Of a DNA stretch of 64,000 nucleotides, positions 24,101 to 38,813 are shown piece after piece. The position numbers were made by a program, and so were the translations under genes. The stretch covers positions 20,832,001 through 20,896,000 of the forward strand of contig NC_043003.1 of NCBI RefSeq assembly GCF_006345805.1. The letters are read 5' to 3'. Each line of letters begins with the position of its first letter. The first letter of the stretch is position 1. Origin of the DNA: Octopus sinensis (Eukaryota). The notes under the pieces were generated by a model. The model saw only the letters and a list, made by a program, of their open reading frames with translations. It searched no databases and was not told where the DNA came from.

Positions 24101-27100
24101 GCCAGCTTGTGACCGGATAATATACGTTAATACTGGTTTCAAACTTTGGCACAAAGCCAGCATTCTTGGGCATGGGTTAAAGTCAGTTACATCAACTCTA
24201 GCCCTCAATTGGTCCTTATTTTATCAACTCTGAAAGAATGAAAGACAAAGTTGACCGTGTCAGAATTTGACCTCAGAACATAAAGATGGTTAAAATGCCA
24301 CCAAGCATTTTAACTGGCATGCTAATGATTCAGCCAGCTCACCACCCTATGATATATAGTAATATTAAAATGTAATATGCCAAGAAAAATGCTTAGTGGT
24401 ATTTCATCTGTCTTTGTGTTCTGAGTTCAAATTCTGCCGGGGTTGACTTTGGCTTTCATATTTTCAGGCTCAATAAAATAAGTACCAGTTGAGAACAGGG
24501 TTTAATGTCATCAACTCCCCACTCCCCCAAACATGCTGGGCTTGTGCCAAAATTTGAAACCAATATTAAAACATAACTTACAGTTTGTATTCTATTTCAG
24601 TTTAAAACAATAAATGTCGCCCTTCTCAAGCCTAGCGAGGCTCATGGGCCCGGTTTCCCAGTTTCTGAGGCATATGTGTTCCCCCCAGATGGACGGGATG
24701 CCAGTCCATCACAGCATTACTCAGAAACAGAAAGAAAGAGTGAGAGAATGTTGGGGTGAAAGAGTACAACAAGGATCGCCACAACCCCTGCTGGAGCCTC
24801 GTGGAACTTTTAGGGGTTTTCGCTCAATAAACACACACAACGCCCGGTCTGGGAATCAAAACTGTAATCCTCCGACCGCGAGTCCGCTGCCCTAACTACT
24901 GGGCCATTGTGTCTCCACATTTTAGTTTAAATGTAACCCTTATTATTATTATGTTGAGAGAAATTTTTTTTCGATATTTTGGTAACTTATTTGCTTTATC
25001 CATTAAATTACAACAAAAGCAGCCAAGCATTCAAAGTAGAGGTCATTGTGTTGCACCATCTGAAGCCACCTTTCTGCCAGTTCTCTAATCCCATGCTGAT
25101 ACCAGTTCTTGTCCTTTGAGGGCAAAGAGCTCTTTCACTGAAACTTCCACCTCTGCTTGGTTGATGAAACGTGCTCAGCTGATATTTATTTCATCAAGTC
25201 CATCTTTTCAGGGTTAATGAAATAAGTACCAGTTATGCACTGGAGTCAATATAATCAACTAACCCCCTCTCCTCAAATTTCAGGCCTTCTGCCTATAGCA
25301 GAAAGGATTATTATTGTTGTAGTTGTACTTCTTCTTCTTCTTCTTCTTCTTCTTGTTACATTTTCGTTAATACACTTTCATCATTGTTATCATCATCATC
25401 ATCATCATCATAATGTCTATTTTCCATGCTAGCATGGGTGGGATGTTACCACAAGAGCTGGCCAGGCCAAAGCTTGCACCAGACCTCTGTAACTGTTTTG
25501 GCAGGATTTTTACAGCTGGATGTCCTTCCTAATACCAACCACTCAGCAGAGTGGACTTAGTGCTTTTTTATGTGAAATGAAATGTTTTGCTCAAGAACAC
25601 AACACATCGCCTGGTCCAGGAATCAAAACCACAATCTTATGATCATGAACCCAACACTCTAATCACTAAACCATTTGCCTCAACAAAAAATATTCTTTGA
25701 TACATTGAAAGTGTGCATCTATAATAGTACTTATGATGTAGTGATCCAATCCCAAGATATTATCTATGTAATTTTGGCCATTGAGTCTTAACTTAAGATA
25801 CTTATGCAATTATTAGAAGGCTTCATAAGGCGGCAAGCTGGTAGAACCGTTAGCATGCTGAGCAAAATGCTTGACAGCTTTTTGTCCGTCTTTACATTCT
25901 GATTTCAAATTCTCCCGCAGTCAACTTTGGAGTAAGTTTATAAAATGTTTTCCCAATCCCTCTTGGCACCATGGATCCTCTTATAATATTTCCCTATTAT
26001 CACAGATTCCCGTCCTAAAATGGATTTCTGTAATATGACCTCCATTGATGGGGTGATGAACACCAGGGTTGATGTAGTAGACTTACCTGCTTCCTCAAAA
26101 TTGCTGGACTTGTGCTAAAATTTGAAACCAATAATCAGAAGGTTTCATAGAATGTTGATAAATTAAATTGACACAAGAAAGGAAAATCTTAAACTTTAGG
26201 CTCTTGGTTTCAACAGAGAATAAAAGAAGACAGAAGTGTTTCCTATATCATCATCATCATCATCCTCATCATCGTTTAACATCCGCTTTCCATGCTAGCA
26301 TGGGTTGGACGATTTTGATTGAGCGCTGGCAAACCAGACGGCCGCACCAGGCTCCAATCTTGATCTGGCAGAGTTTCTACAGCTGGATGTCCTTCCTAAT
26401 GCCAACCACTCTGAGAGTGTAGTGGGTGCTTTTTACGTGCCACCAGCACGGGGCCAGTCAGGCAGTACTGGCATGCCTCGCTCAAATCTTTTTACACATG
26501 CCACTGGCACAGGTGCCAATAAGGTGACGTTGGTAACGATCATGCTCGAATGGTGCCCTTTTACATGTCACCGGCACCAACATCTGTATTTCTTCTCTTC
26601 TCTGAGCAAGAGCTTGAAACAGACATTTTGCTCCTTATAATAATCAAATTTATTGGAATAATTATTGTCAACACAAACCCTCACAAGTTTCTTGAAACTC
26701 TGGACTTTGCTCCATACAATACTTACATATATCTGGTCTTTATTCGGCCATCCAACCACAATATTTTCACTGCCAAACACAAAGCATCCAAAACTCTGGG
26801 TGGAGTAAATTCAATCATCTGAAATTTAAATAAAACAGCATCATTTTTTGGAGGTGTATTCTTCACTACAGCAGCAAATATAATATACACAGTCTCCTGA
26901 CAGACTTTTTCATGGTTTGTTGGCTGTTCCTCAAAGGAGACATCTGGTGCCTTTCATCAATGAATAACATTGAATAACCAGCTACCACATGGAGCAGTCA
27001 GTCATAAATTTGGTAAGCACCATTTTGCATAACTTAATTTGTATAATTGTGCTTTATACAGTTGTTATTAATTACATAATATGTTCTTTAAGCACAACAC

Positions 27101-27201
27101 AGAGTGAATTAGGACTGAAATGTATTTAAATGTCATAAAGTCTGACTAGGAATAACTGAAAAATTGAGAAATACACGCATACATATATGTATATATGTAT
27201 G

Positions 27202-27295
<94 letters not shown>

Positions 27296-28251
27296 TTAAA
27301 CGAAGTACACAGTACTATATATTCATTACAGCTGATTCTAACAATGAGTTTCGCACTAGGGGTTCAACAGAATGTTAGGTAACATTCCAGCTATGTAACC
27401 CTGCGCTCTTCAGAGATGCCAGTCATGGAAATAATTATGACAACTATTGTTGTGGTTGTTGTGAAAAAGATGATGAAACAAATGGAGCAAGGCTTAAGTT
27501 AAGAGTTATATCCCTTGGTACCAAAAGCACCTACTTTTGGGGTGTTGCAAATTGGCAGAATTTTCTGGAAAAGAGTTTAGGAGAAATGTATGTATCTTTA
27601 AGATTGGTACTCTTGTAGAAATGGAATGTGTATAGTGATAATATATATATAGTGTTTGCTAAACATACATACATACATACATACATACATACATACATAC
27701 ATACATACATACATACATACATGTATGTATGTATGTATGTATGTATGTATGTATGTATGTATGTATGTATGTGTCTATGTTTGATCAAACAGCCATCAGA
27801 GAAAAAAATATTAGTGAGGATGGGTTGTCTGCCCTGGATCAGCAATTAATTAGAAGTGGGGATCTATTTCATAAGGTCTGTATGTATGTATGCATACGAC
27901 AAGCTTCTTTCAGTTTCTGTCCACCAAATCCACACACAAGGTTTTGGTCGGCCTGAGGCTATAGTAGAAGACACTTGCCCAAGGTGCCACGCAATGGGAC
28001 TGGACCTTGAACCATATAGTTGGTAAACAAGCTACTTACCACACAGCCACTCCTGTGCCTATATATGATTTCTTTTTTTTCACTGGATGATGTAGTGGCT
28101 AAAGCTATAAATAATAGTGTGTAAATATTGGGTTAAAAACCATTGGTTATCTACAAAATATAACTTATAGTTTTATCCATTTCAAGTTCTACGGCCAAGA
28201 AAGAATTTATTTTATATCTCTCAAAGTTTTTAAATTCCTATGACATGAACA

Positions 28252-28296
<45 letters not shown>

Positions 28297-28969
28297 GTGT
28301 GTGTGTGTGTGTGTGTGTGTTGTGTGTGTGGTTGTGTGTGTGGTGTGTGTGTGTATATATATTAGGTTGTCAAGAAAGTTCTTGCAGTTTTTAATCTTTA
28401 AATTCAGATGCACATATCTCGGCTTAAACAAAACTTAATTAATCGAAATAAACACCATCAGAATCAACACACTTTTGTCAGCACGAAACAAGTTTATTTA
28501 TGCCAGTAACGTAAAAATCCTACGTTCTGGTGGTGATGAAGTAATTGAAGGTGTGTTTGGCATTGTCTTGGTTTTTGAAGCATGCAGGAAGTTGTCAAAA
28601 TGCTTGAAAAAGTGATAGTTGGTAGGCAAAAGGTCTTGTGAGTTTGGCATATGAGGCAGAGTTTTGTAGCCCAATTCATTCAACTTCTCCAGGGTCAGCT
28701 GGACGATGTGTGGCTGAGCGTTGTCATGGAGAAGAATTGGTCCTTTTCTATTGACCAATGCTGGTGTCACACAAATGGCACCTGTGCCAGTGGAATGTAA
28801 CAGCACCCATTACATTTTTGGAGTGGTTAGCATTAGGAAGGGTGTCCAGCCATAGAAACCATGCTAAATCAGACTGGAGTCTGATGCAGCCTTCCAGCTT
28901 GCTAGCTCCGGTCAAACCATCCAACCCATGCCACCATGGACAATGGACGTTAAATGATGATGATGATGA

Positions 28970-29010
<41 letters not shown>

Positions 29011-32000
29011 AAAGTAAGATAGGGGTTATGGGTGTAACTCACTATGGGATAGCATTTATCCAATATACTGTTGGTACAGTACCCAGATTCTTAATGCATA
29101 AATATTTTTAATTGCAATGCAATTAACTCATTTATTGTATTAAATGGGTGAAGGTAAAGAAATATTTTTACTGTAAGTTTATAATACAAATAAGAAAATG
29201 GAGAAGCAAATTTAGTTTGTTCATCAACTTTCGGATATTATAATGTTGGATTATTTATTCATCTAACAAAATGAGAACATCAATAGCATACATATATATC
29301 TTATAATTCAATACATATAAGATAAGAATACAAATTATAGACTTTTATAATTTGTATTCTTATCTTATATCTTATATGTATTGAATTATAAAATATATAT
29401 GTATGCTATTGATGTTCTCACTTTGTTAAATGAATAAATAATCCAACATTATAATATCCAAAAGTTGATGAGCAAACTAAATTTGTTTCTTCATTTTCTT
29501 ATTTGTATTATATATATATACATATATATACCTTTGCCTGAATTCATTAACACATATATGTGTCAGTTAAAGGTGGCAAAACAAAATCAAACAATGCTGT
29601 CAGTCATACAAATAATTTCAAAGTTAGCAAAGTTATGAATAGAATAATAGAAAGAATGAGCAAGCACATGAAGATATAGTGTTTTGTTAGCAACGTGGGA
29701 ATATAGTCTCTCATCCTAATTATTATTTGCACAATTGCATATCTCTCTGGCTTCTGCTATGCTAATGATCTTGCCTTCACAATAAAGAATGAGCATGTGA
29801 CCATCAAAGATGATGGAAGCCACCTGCCAATTTGTTCCAGTTGTGCTTCTCAACCACATGGTTTCAGGTTCTGTCACACTGCACAGCTCTTTAGGCAGGT
29901 GTCCTCTAATATAGCCTCAGGCCAACCAAAAAGTTGTGAGTGAATCTAGTAGGCAGAACATCTGTTATGTGTGAAAGATTAGAGAGGATGGATGATACAC
30001 AACCCAAGAAGATCAGTGACTTCAAGAACATTGGGTTTGACATTACTCACAGTAAGAAAAACATTTTCAGCCTGAAGTGCCTGTAATAAACTTCAAAACA
30101 TTTGCAATTAAGTATTTCAAATTAACAAGGCTTGCTGTTTTCAGAGTGTCTGTAGAGAGGATTCTTCTTTGTGGAATAAAACCTGAAGAATGAAGAAACT
30201 TCAAGACTGCTTTGATGTTTCAAAATATCTCATGATGAGAACATAAAACCAAAGAGATTTATAGACACATTTTACTCATCTCTACTACTACTACTACTAT
30301 TGTACAGTGCAACATAGGCTTTGTTAGCCACTGCTAGCATGCTGAACAAGAGGCCATATTGGATGTTGTGTTTTGGAGACATTCACACCCTAATAGAAGA
30401 AAAGGACCATTCAACTAAATTAATGTTATTGACAGAGACACGTAACACGAAACCGATGTTCTACCAAAACTAATGGAAAACAGAGCTTCTTGGTCCTGCA
30501 TTGTGAATTGCATCTAGATTGTGGTTGGTTGAAGGATACAAATGAAATGGTACCCAATTCCTTCTGAAAAGATTCTTGATAGATTGCCTGTTAGGATAGA
30601 CATAGGTACTTTCCAGAAAATGACAATATAAGAATCTATAAATATTCTGGCATTCTCACACAGCATTTGATAACCTTGAATATTTCCATGTATGTTTTCC
30701 AAATTATATCTTGTTATTTTCAAGTAAATAATAACCATAGTAATTGTTTGTACTTGAGGTACAAGACTAATTTTAAAGAGAGTGGTCTAGTTGATACCAC
30801 TGATCCTTAGTATTTGACAAATGTTTTATTTTATCAACCCCAAAAGGATGAAAGACAAATTTGAGCTTGGTGAGATTTTAACCCATAATGTAAAAAATCA
30901 GAAGAAATCTGCAATTCATTTTCTCTGATATTCTAATGATTCTGCCATTCCATTGCCCTTATTATAAATATAATAATAAAGACCTGTAAATAGAGACAGC
31001 CAGAGTGTGTGCGGCAAGATGGCAGAAACGATAGCATGCTTGGTGAAATACATAACGGTATTTCGTCTGCCGCTATGTTCTGAGTTCAAATTCCACCAAA
31101 GTCGACTTAGCCTTTCATCCTTTTGGAGTCGATTAAATAAGTACCAGTTACACACTGGGGTCAATGTAATCGACTTAATTCTTTTGTATGTCCTTGTTTG
31201 TCCCCTCTATGTTTAGCCCCTTGAGAAATAAGAATGTGTGGGGACAAATGTAGAAACAGTCTTCATAATATTAAGTGCCTTAGGAATGAAAAGGGATGCA
31301 CACAAATACACAATCAAAAGCCAAGAATTTATACACTGACATAGCTCACAGAAAATATTATTATAAAGTAGTGCATGCATATAATGTAATAAATACTTTA
31401 TATGCAATAGAAAAACACATGAGAAAAGAAAGAAAAAAAAAACAAAGTTGTACTGGAAACACACAGAAAGCTGGGTTAATTTGTGCTGTGAAAGCATGCA
31501 ATAAAAAACATTGATAATAATAACAACAGAATCCTCTGAAAGATTCTGAAGATTTAAGGAGACTTGTTGGCACCAAACCTGAAGGCAACGTCCTTGCTAA
31601 AAATGGTAATAATAATAATAATAATCATTCTTTCTACTAAAGGTACCAGGCCTGAAATTTGTGGGGAGGGGACTAGCCGATTACATCAACCCCACTGTTT
31701 CACTGGTATTTAATTTAGCGACCCCGAAAGGATGAAAAGCAAAGTTGACCTTAGCAGAATTTGAAATTAGAAAGTAGCAGCCGACAAAATACCGCTAATT
31801 ATTTCACCCGACATACTAACGATTCTGCCAGCTCGCCACCTTAACAATAATAATAATAATAATAATAATAGCAACAACAAAAGCATACTTACTGTATGTC
31901 CCTTAGCCTCCAATGCTTTCTTTGCCACAAGAACTGCTCTCTGGCAGGCTGGGGTAGTATTAGCTACATTATCAGTTACATAATATCCAATCCGCAGGTT

Positions 32001-32281
32001 TTTCTTGCTTTCAAACAGCTGGAAAATAAAAGAAAAATGAATTCATTCTTATAATTAGAGAAGGGAGCTACTACAACCATCAATTCAGTAAATTTATAAG
32101 AATATAAATGAATGTATTGAGAATGGCACAAATGAATGGACTTACTCTAAGCATGTGCCTATAGGCTGAAAATTACAGAAGAGACAGGAACATTTGCTAT
32201 GGTGCCCTCGGTGAGCAGGGTGGTTTGAGATCTGTGGTGTTCCTTGGTTGCCCCAAAAGCACTACTGTATCAGCAGAATTG

Positions 32282-32316
<35 letters not shown>

Positions 32317-33636
32317 ATTAATATTGTATATCATTATTTAATACCTGTTGTCCATGTTGGTATGGGTTGGACTATATATATTGTTACGGTTGGCTAAGTG
32401 CATTTCGGGTTTAATTAGTGTAGTGTTTCTGGTGACCCACATAGGAATAATGGCACCATCATGTCTGGTGAAAATGTGACAGTCTTTTGTCTAATGGAGG
32501 ACTGATGGGTTTTGGAAGGACCTGTGACCTCGTGCGGTTGAGAAAAGGGTCAGGAGAATGTGAGAGAAAAGGGACAGATTAAGGGCTGAGAGCAAATAGA
32601 GATAGGGTATAAGCAGAAAGGGACAGATGGAGAGGGTAAAAGATTGAGGCGATATAGATAGAGTAAGGGAATCTAAGAGCAGATGGAGAGGGTATTGACA
32701 GTAAGAGAGAAGGACAGGCAGAGAGTATGGTAGAGCTGTCATGAGAGAGATGGAGTATAAGACTAAGGGACAGTTAGAGAGGGTGTGAGCGGTACAGAGG
32801 GAGATGAGGGAGTGGAAGAAGGACAGAGACGAAGTGAGGTCTTGGCAGTCGGTGAGCGGTCGTCGAGGAACACAGACGGACTCTGGAGGTCGGAGCGAGT
32901 GGATGGAATCTTGGAAGCGTTGGAGTTCTTGGGAGCGAGCTGGGATGCGATAGCTTGGCGGCACTGATTGGGATATGTGCAGAGGGAATATGTACAGAAG
33001 GATTTACCAGTATTCAGAGGAATTAGCAGGATTGAGAGGAATGGGACACTGGCAGATGCAATTAGGAATTGAGGTATGTGTTTGTGCATTGATATGTGTC
33101 ACGAGGTAAAGAGACAGTGAAAAGAACAGTCAAGGACTCTGTCGATGTGGTCGATAAAGAACATTGTGAATTGAGTAAAGGACTTGTTGAATTGTAACGT
33201 GAATTGTTGTGATACGAACATTGTATAATGTATCGAAGTGTTCTGATTGGACTGTGACGTATCGTGAACATTATTTGATCTGGACTTGTGTCGTTACTGA
33301 ACACTGTTATATTGTTACATGCATGTTGTTAAATGCTTTGATCTGTGGTATACCGTATGATGTATTGATTTGTTGTCTGCCTTAAATGTATTTGATGTGT
33401 AGCAATTGTAATTGTCGTATAAACTGTTGTTTGAATATAAGCCAGTGTTGCCAGTTGTTGCCTTGCCTCTTTGGGTTGTATCTCGGGTTGTGCCTCTGTA
33501 TCTCTGTGCTGTTGAGGTTGTGGCAGTATCTATCTGTATCTCCTCTCTCCGCCTCTTTGGGTTCCGTGGCGGAACTTGTGTGTGAGCCGTTCGGGGCGAG
33601 CGACGACGGGCGATTCCAGTCCGTTTCGTAACAATA

Positions 33637-33676
<40 letters not shown>

Positions 33677-36600
33677 TTCTGTGCCAGTGGCACGTAAAAA
33701 GCACCTACCAAATCGTGGCCGCTGCCAGCCTCTCCTGGCGCCTTTGCCGGTGGCACGTAAATAGTACCCACTACACTCACAGAGTGGTTGGTGTTAGGAA
33801 GGGCATCCAGCTGTAGAAACACTGCCAGATCAGACTGGAGCCTGGTGCAGCTTCCTGGCTTCCCAGACCCCGGTCGAACCGTCCAGCCCGTGCTAGCACG
33901 GAAAACGGATGTTAAACGATGATGATGATGGTGTATGCTTTCTTCCTTTTTAAATCATTGGATTTATGATGATGGTGTTGATGGTTGTGGTGGTAATGGA
34001 GGTGGTGGTGGTGGTGGTGGTGGTGGTGGTGGTGGTGGTGGTGGTGGTGGTGGTGGTGGTGGTGGTGGTGGTGATGGTGGTGGTAGTGGTCATTGTAATT
34101 ATCATCATTATCATCTTTGTCAACATCGTCGCTGTCATCACCATGGTGTGGTGGTGATGGCACTGATGACAGTGGTCCTGGTAACAGTGGTGGTGAAGAT
34201 TATGATGTTGCAGTCTAGCAAAAGCTACAATAATAATTCTGAAAGATGTACGAAGATCAACAAAATGCATTCCTTACATGATCCTGGAATTTTATTGGTG
34301 ATATTTGGGGATCCATTTCAAAAACTTCCTGAGAGAATAATGCTTTTGCTGCAACAATTAAACCATCACTAGTCTGTGTCATTGGACCAATGGAATCCCC
34401 AACTGCAATTAAAAAAATAATAAATGTTTCTTTCTAATTTTGGCAAAAGACCAGCAATTGTGTGGGGAAGAGTTAAGTTGATTATATTAACATCCAGTAA
34501 TTGACTGGTGCTTATTTTATTGACCCCAAATGATGAAAAACAAATATAACCACAGCCAAATTTGAACTCAGAACATGTGTTAAAGAAAAACTGCTAAGCA
34601 TTTTTTCCAATGTGCTAACAATTCTGTCAACTCACTACCCTTGAATTTTGCCTTAGTGTAGTCCTTGATACACTATTCCTGAAACAGATATATATGTTCT
34701 GAGTTCAGATCCTGCTGAAGTCAACTGTGCCTTTCATCCCTTTAGGATCAATGAAATTAAGTACCAGTAAGGTATTAGGGTCAATGTATGAGTAGGTGCT
34801 GAAAAAGTTCCAGGCTTTAAGGGTATCGCAAAGGCTTATTTGGAGGTTCAACCTTCTGAGTTTTTTTACAAGGCTTAGAAAACTGAAGGACAGCTGCAAT
34901 AAGTGTGTGAATCTGAGACGGAAATCTGTTGAATAAAATCATTAACTGATCCTCCTGTATTTTCTTTTACCTAATGCCAGGAACTTTTCAGCATCCCTCT
35001 GTAATTGGTTTGTCCATTCCCATCAAAATCGCTGACCTTGAATTCTGCAACACGACCTGTTTAATGGGATCTCAGTCAATGATATACCATGGAAACCAAG
35101 TAACTGGTCTTATGTGTTATAGGGCTGAAGAAAAATAATTAAGAAAAAAAGCAGGATTTGAGGGAGATTTCTTTACTATTTTTAGCAGGTTGAGGGGTGA
35201 ATAGCTACTGCACTAAAGCTTGGTGTATATATGGTGACAAGAGGGAAAAGTACTATAATTCTTACTGAGAGTTTGATGATTCAATATTGCCTTTGTACTT
35301 CCTGTCCTACAATAAGAATTTTAAAAGAAATATGAATTAACTGTTTAATTAACTGATTAATTACTTAATTAATTACTTAATTGATTGATTGATTAAAAAT
35401 CTGATATTCATACATTATAGTTATTGCATTTAATACAGCAATTAAGGCATAGCAGTACGGGCAAGAAGTTTGCTTTTGAATCACCTAGCTTCAGGTTTAG
35501 TCTCACTGCACTGCACATTAAGCAGTACCCCAGTATGGCCACATTTCAATGATTGTAACAAGTACAAGAAAAGAATACATCAACATATCTAATCCTATAA
35601 ATCTCACTGTACTTGGTGCAAATAATGATTTTTTTATCAGTTGGTAAAAATAAACATCAATCAGGAAAAAGAATTTGTTCACTGAAAGTATAAACAAAGC
35701 CAAGAGTTCTGAGTTCTGGCTACTTCTGATTGATGAGACACTTGTCAAAATACCAGTTTCCCAGGATGTGGTGCACTAGTAAGCTGAGTGTGTTGAACAC
35801 TCAGTTGTTGTAAAAAGAAAGGAGTTATTCTCCTGTGACATACACCACAGTGAATAGCATATTTTGCTATAGTGAAATGGTTCTGATCACACGTCAGCCT
35901 GATCAGGGTTGACCAGGAATTGAACGACATCAGATCAACAGAACTTAGATTATAGAAATATATTTTAGGAAGGGAACCTGTAATAATAAGGAATTGTTAT
36001 AAAGGGAAATAATAATGAAAAGGAAATGTTATAGGACCAAGAATGTTGTGGGAAACATTTTATAGACTTACCCAAAACGACCCAAGGTCGTTTTTAATCC
36101 ATAAATACCACAAAAATGAGATGGACAACGAATGCTACCACCTTGGTCTGTTCCTACACCCAAAATTGATCCACCATAACCAATGAGAGCTCCTTCCCCT
36201 CCACTGGACCCTCCAGGGCATCGATCAGCATTATGCGGGTTACGAGTTTGTCCGTAAATATTGTTATCACAGGAAATACTGAAAAAAATATATATAAAAG
36301 CATAAAAGTAATGAGGAACAACTGAAAAAGCATATTAGAACGATTAAATAAATGGAAGCATATATCTAAACACTTTATGATGTTCTAAACACTTTATGAC
36401 ATAGTAAATACTTCATTACATTCTAAACGCTTCATTAAAATCTAAACACTTCTTTACATATAAATACTTCATTAGATACTAAAGATTTCATTACATTACT
36501 AAACATAATTACATACAAACCACTTCATTGGGTGCTAAACAGTTCATTACATACAAAACACTCTGTTATGGTCTAAACATGTCAATATCCACTATCCAGA

Positions 36601-38084
36601 GCTTCATCACTCCTCAAGGAAGAACTCTTCCCAGGACTCCTTCAACACGCTGGACAAAATGCTTAGCGGCATTTCGTCTGCCACTACATTCTGAGTTCAA
36701 ATTCCGCCAAGGTCAACTTTGCCTTTCATCCTTCCTGGGTTGATTAAATAAGTACCAGTTACACACTAGGGTCGATATAATCGACTTAATCAGTTTGTCT
36801 GTCCTTGTTTGTCCCCTCATTGTGTAGCCCCTTTTGGGTAATAAAGAAATAAGAAATGTTAGAACGCCGGGTAAATTGCTTAGCGGCATTTCGTCTGCTG
36901 CTACATTCTGAGTTCAAATTCCGACGAGGTCGACTTTGCTTTTCATCCTTCCGGGGTTGATTAAATAAGTATCAGTTACGCACTGGGGTCGATATAACCA
37001 ACTTAATCCATTTGTCTGTCCTTGTTTGTCCCCTCTGTGTGTAGTCCCTTTTGGGCAGTAAAGAAATAAGAGTAGACAGTTGTCAACTGTCTAGTGTGTA
37101 TGCCAAAAGAGATTGTATTGTAGATAAAACTAGAATAACAGAAGGCAGATATTTTCTTCTTTATCAATTCCAGCTTGTTGAGGAAACTGAGCATGGAGAG
37201 GAAGTTGAGCATGGAAATAAAGGGGAGCAGGGAGAAGAACGTTCTATCTTTCAGTGAATTTGATGAAAATGGGTTGGGGTGGTGAGAACGTTCCAGGTGG
37301 ATAGAACGACCTTTAGAGTGACCATTTAGGCCTACAAACACAGAGGCAGTACTTGCTCTTGGCAGTAAGCACAACCTCAGGGTTGTAAAGTATAATCCTT
37401 TCTCCCAAGATCTCATCCCTCTGGAACTGCCTCTTCATACTTTTCATACAGATATTTACAGAATACTATCATTATTATTATTATTATTATTATTGAGTGA
37501 GAGAGCAGTGCATGCCATCAAAGTGACACTGCGGTAAAATATAAGAAGCCCAGTATACCCATCATGACTACCCATCTGATAAGGGTACACTAGGCACATG
37601 CATCACAACCATATGTGAGCGACATGGTGATCTCATATCAAGTTAAACAGTGCATGACCTTGCAGGTGGGTCCCAGTTAGAATTATCTTCTGGTCGAGTA
37701 GCTCATCCCACTCAAAAGATCCTTGAATAAGGGTTGTTTAAGAATGTTGAACGAAATACCCATGTTTCCAGAGGTGAATTATTCAAACCCCAAAGAATCC
37801 CTCTCAACACATGGCTATGATGCTCCCCCACTACTTCTGCTATTGATCAGAGATGCACATATCGTCAGCCACTAAGGGACATGCTCAACTGGTTACGGTC
37901 AAGCAACTGACAAGCAAATCTGTGGTATTGAGCAGAATATTTGCTGTAGCCCATTTTTTATACCAAGACAAAACAATGTACATGATAACACTTCCAATCA
38001 GTTAAGATCAGAAGTCATGAGAGCCACTACCTAGTACTGCATCAGGGCATTTATAATAATTTGTTACTATTATTATTATTATTG

Positions 38085-38120
<36 letters not shown>

Positions 38121-38782
38121 AGATGGTGAGCTGGCAGAATTGTTAGCATGCTGGACAAAGTGTTTAGTGGAATTTCATTGATCTTTATGCCAGCAGAAGA
38201 TTGGTAAGATAAAGAGTTAAATGGTGGTGGTGGTGGTGGTGGTGGTGGCAGCGGCGGCGGCAGTGGTGGTAGTGGTGGTGGTGGTGGTGGTGGTGGCAGC
38301 GGCGGCAGCAGTGGTGGTGGTGGTGGTGGTGAGGAGGAGGAGGAGGAGGAGGATGACGATGATGATGACAATGATGTAAGATAATATGGCACCAAAGAAC
38401 TTATGAATGCTTACGTCATTAAAATCTGTGGTACATTTGTTGTGACAAATGGAATAGCCCCAAGTTCTTTCAGGCACTGAAATAGAAATTCAAAAATATA
38501 TCAGACAAAAGTAATGAATTCAGAAGGACAAAACACATTAATTCACATCTCATCATTTTTCTGTCATTAATAAACAATAAATAATTTATGTATGTTTATA
38601 ATATAAATTTACATATAGGAGTGGCTGTGTGGTAAGTAGCTTGCTTACCAACCACATGGTTCCAGGTTCAGTCCAACTGCGTGGCACCTTGGGCAACTGT
38701 CTTCTACTATAGCCTGGGTCGACCAAAGCCTTGTGAGTGGATATGGTTTGACGGAAACTGAAAGAAGCCCATCGTATATAGG

Positions 38783-38813
<31 letters not shown>

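Noticed and set aside
32491-33704. 107-157 aa ORFs within the solo LTR
   Set aside because: Low-complexity translations of purine/pyrimidine-biased LTR sequence with no gag, pol or env motifs.
35088-35124. Alternative 37-nt FAAH exon 8 (good acceptor, gtatat donor)
   Set aside because: Wrong phase to join exons 7 and 9, and adding it after exon 8 gives a stop. The 41-nt exon at 35266-35306 fits.
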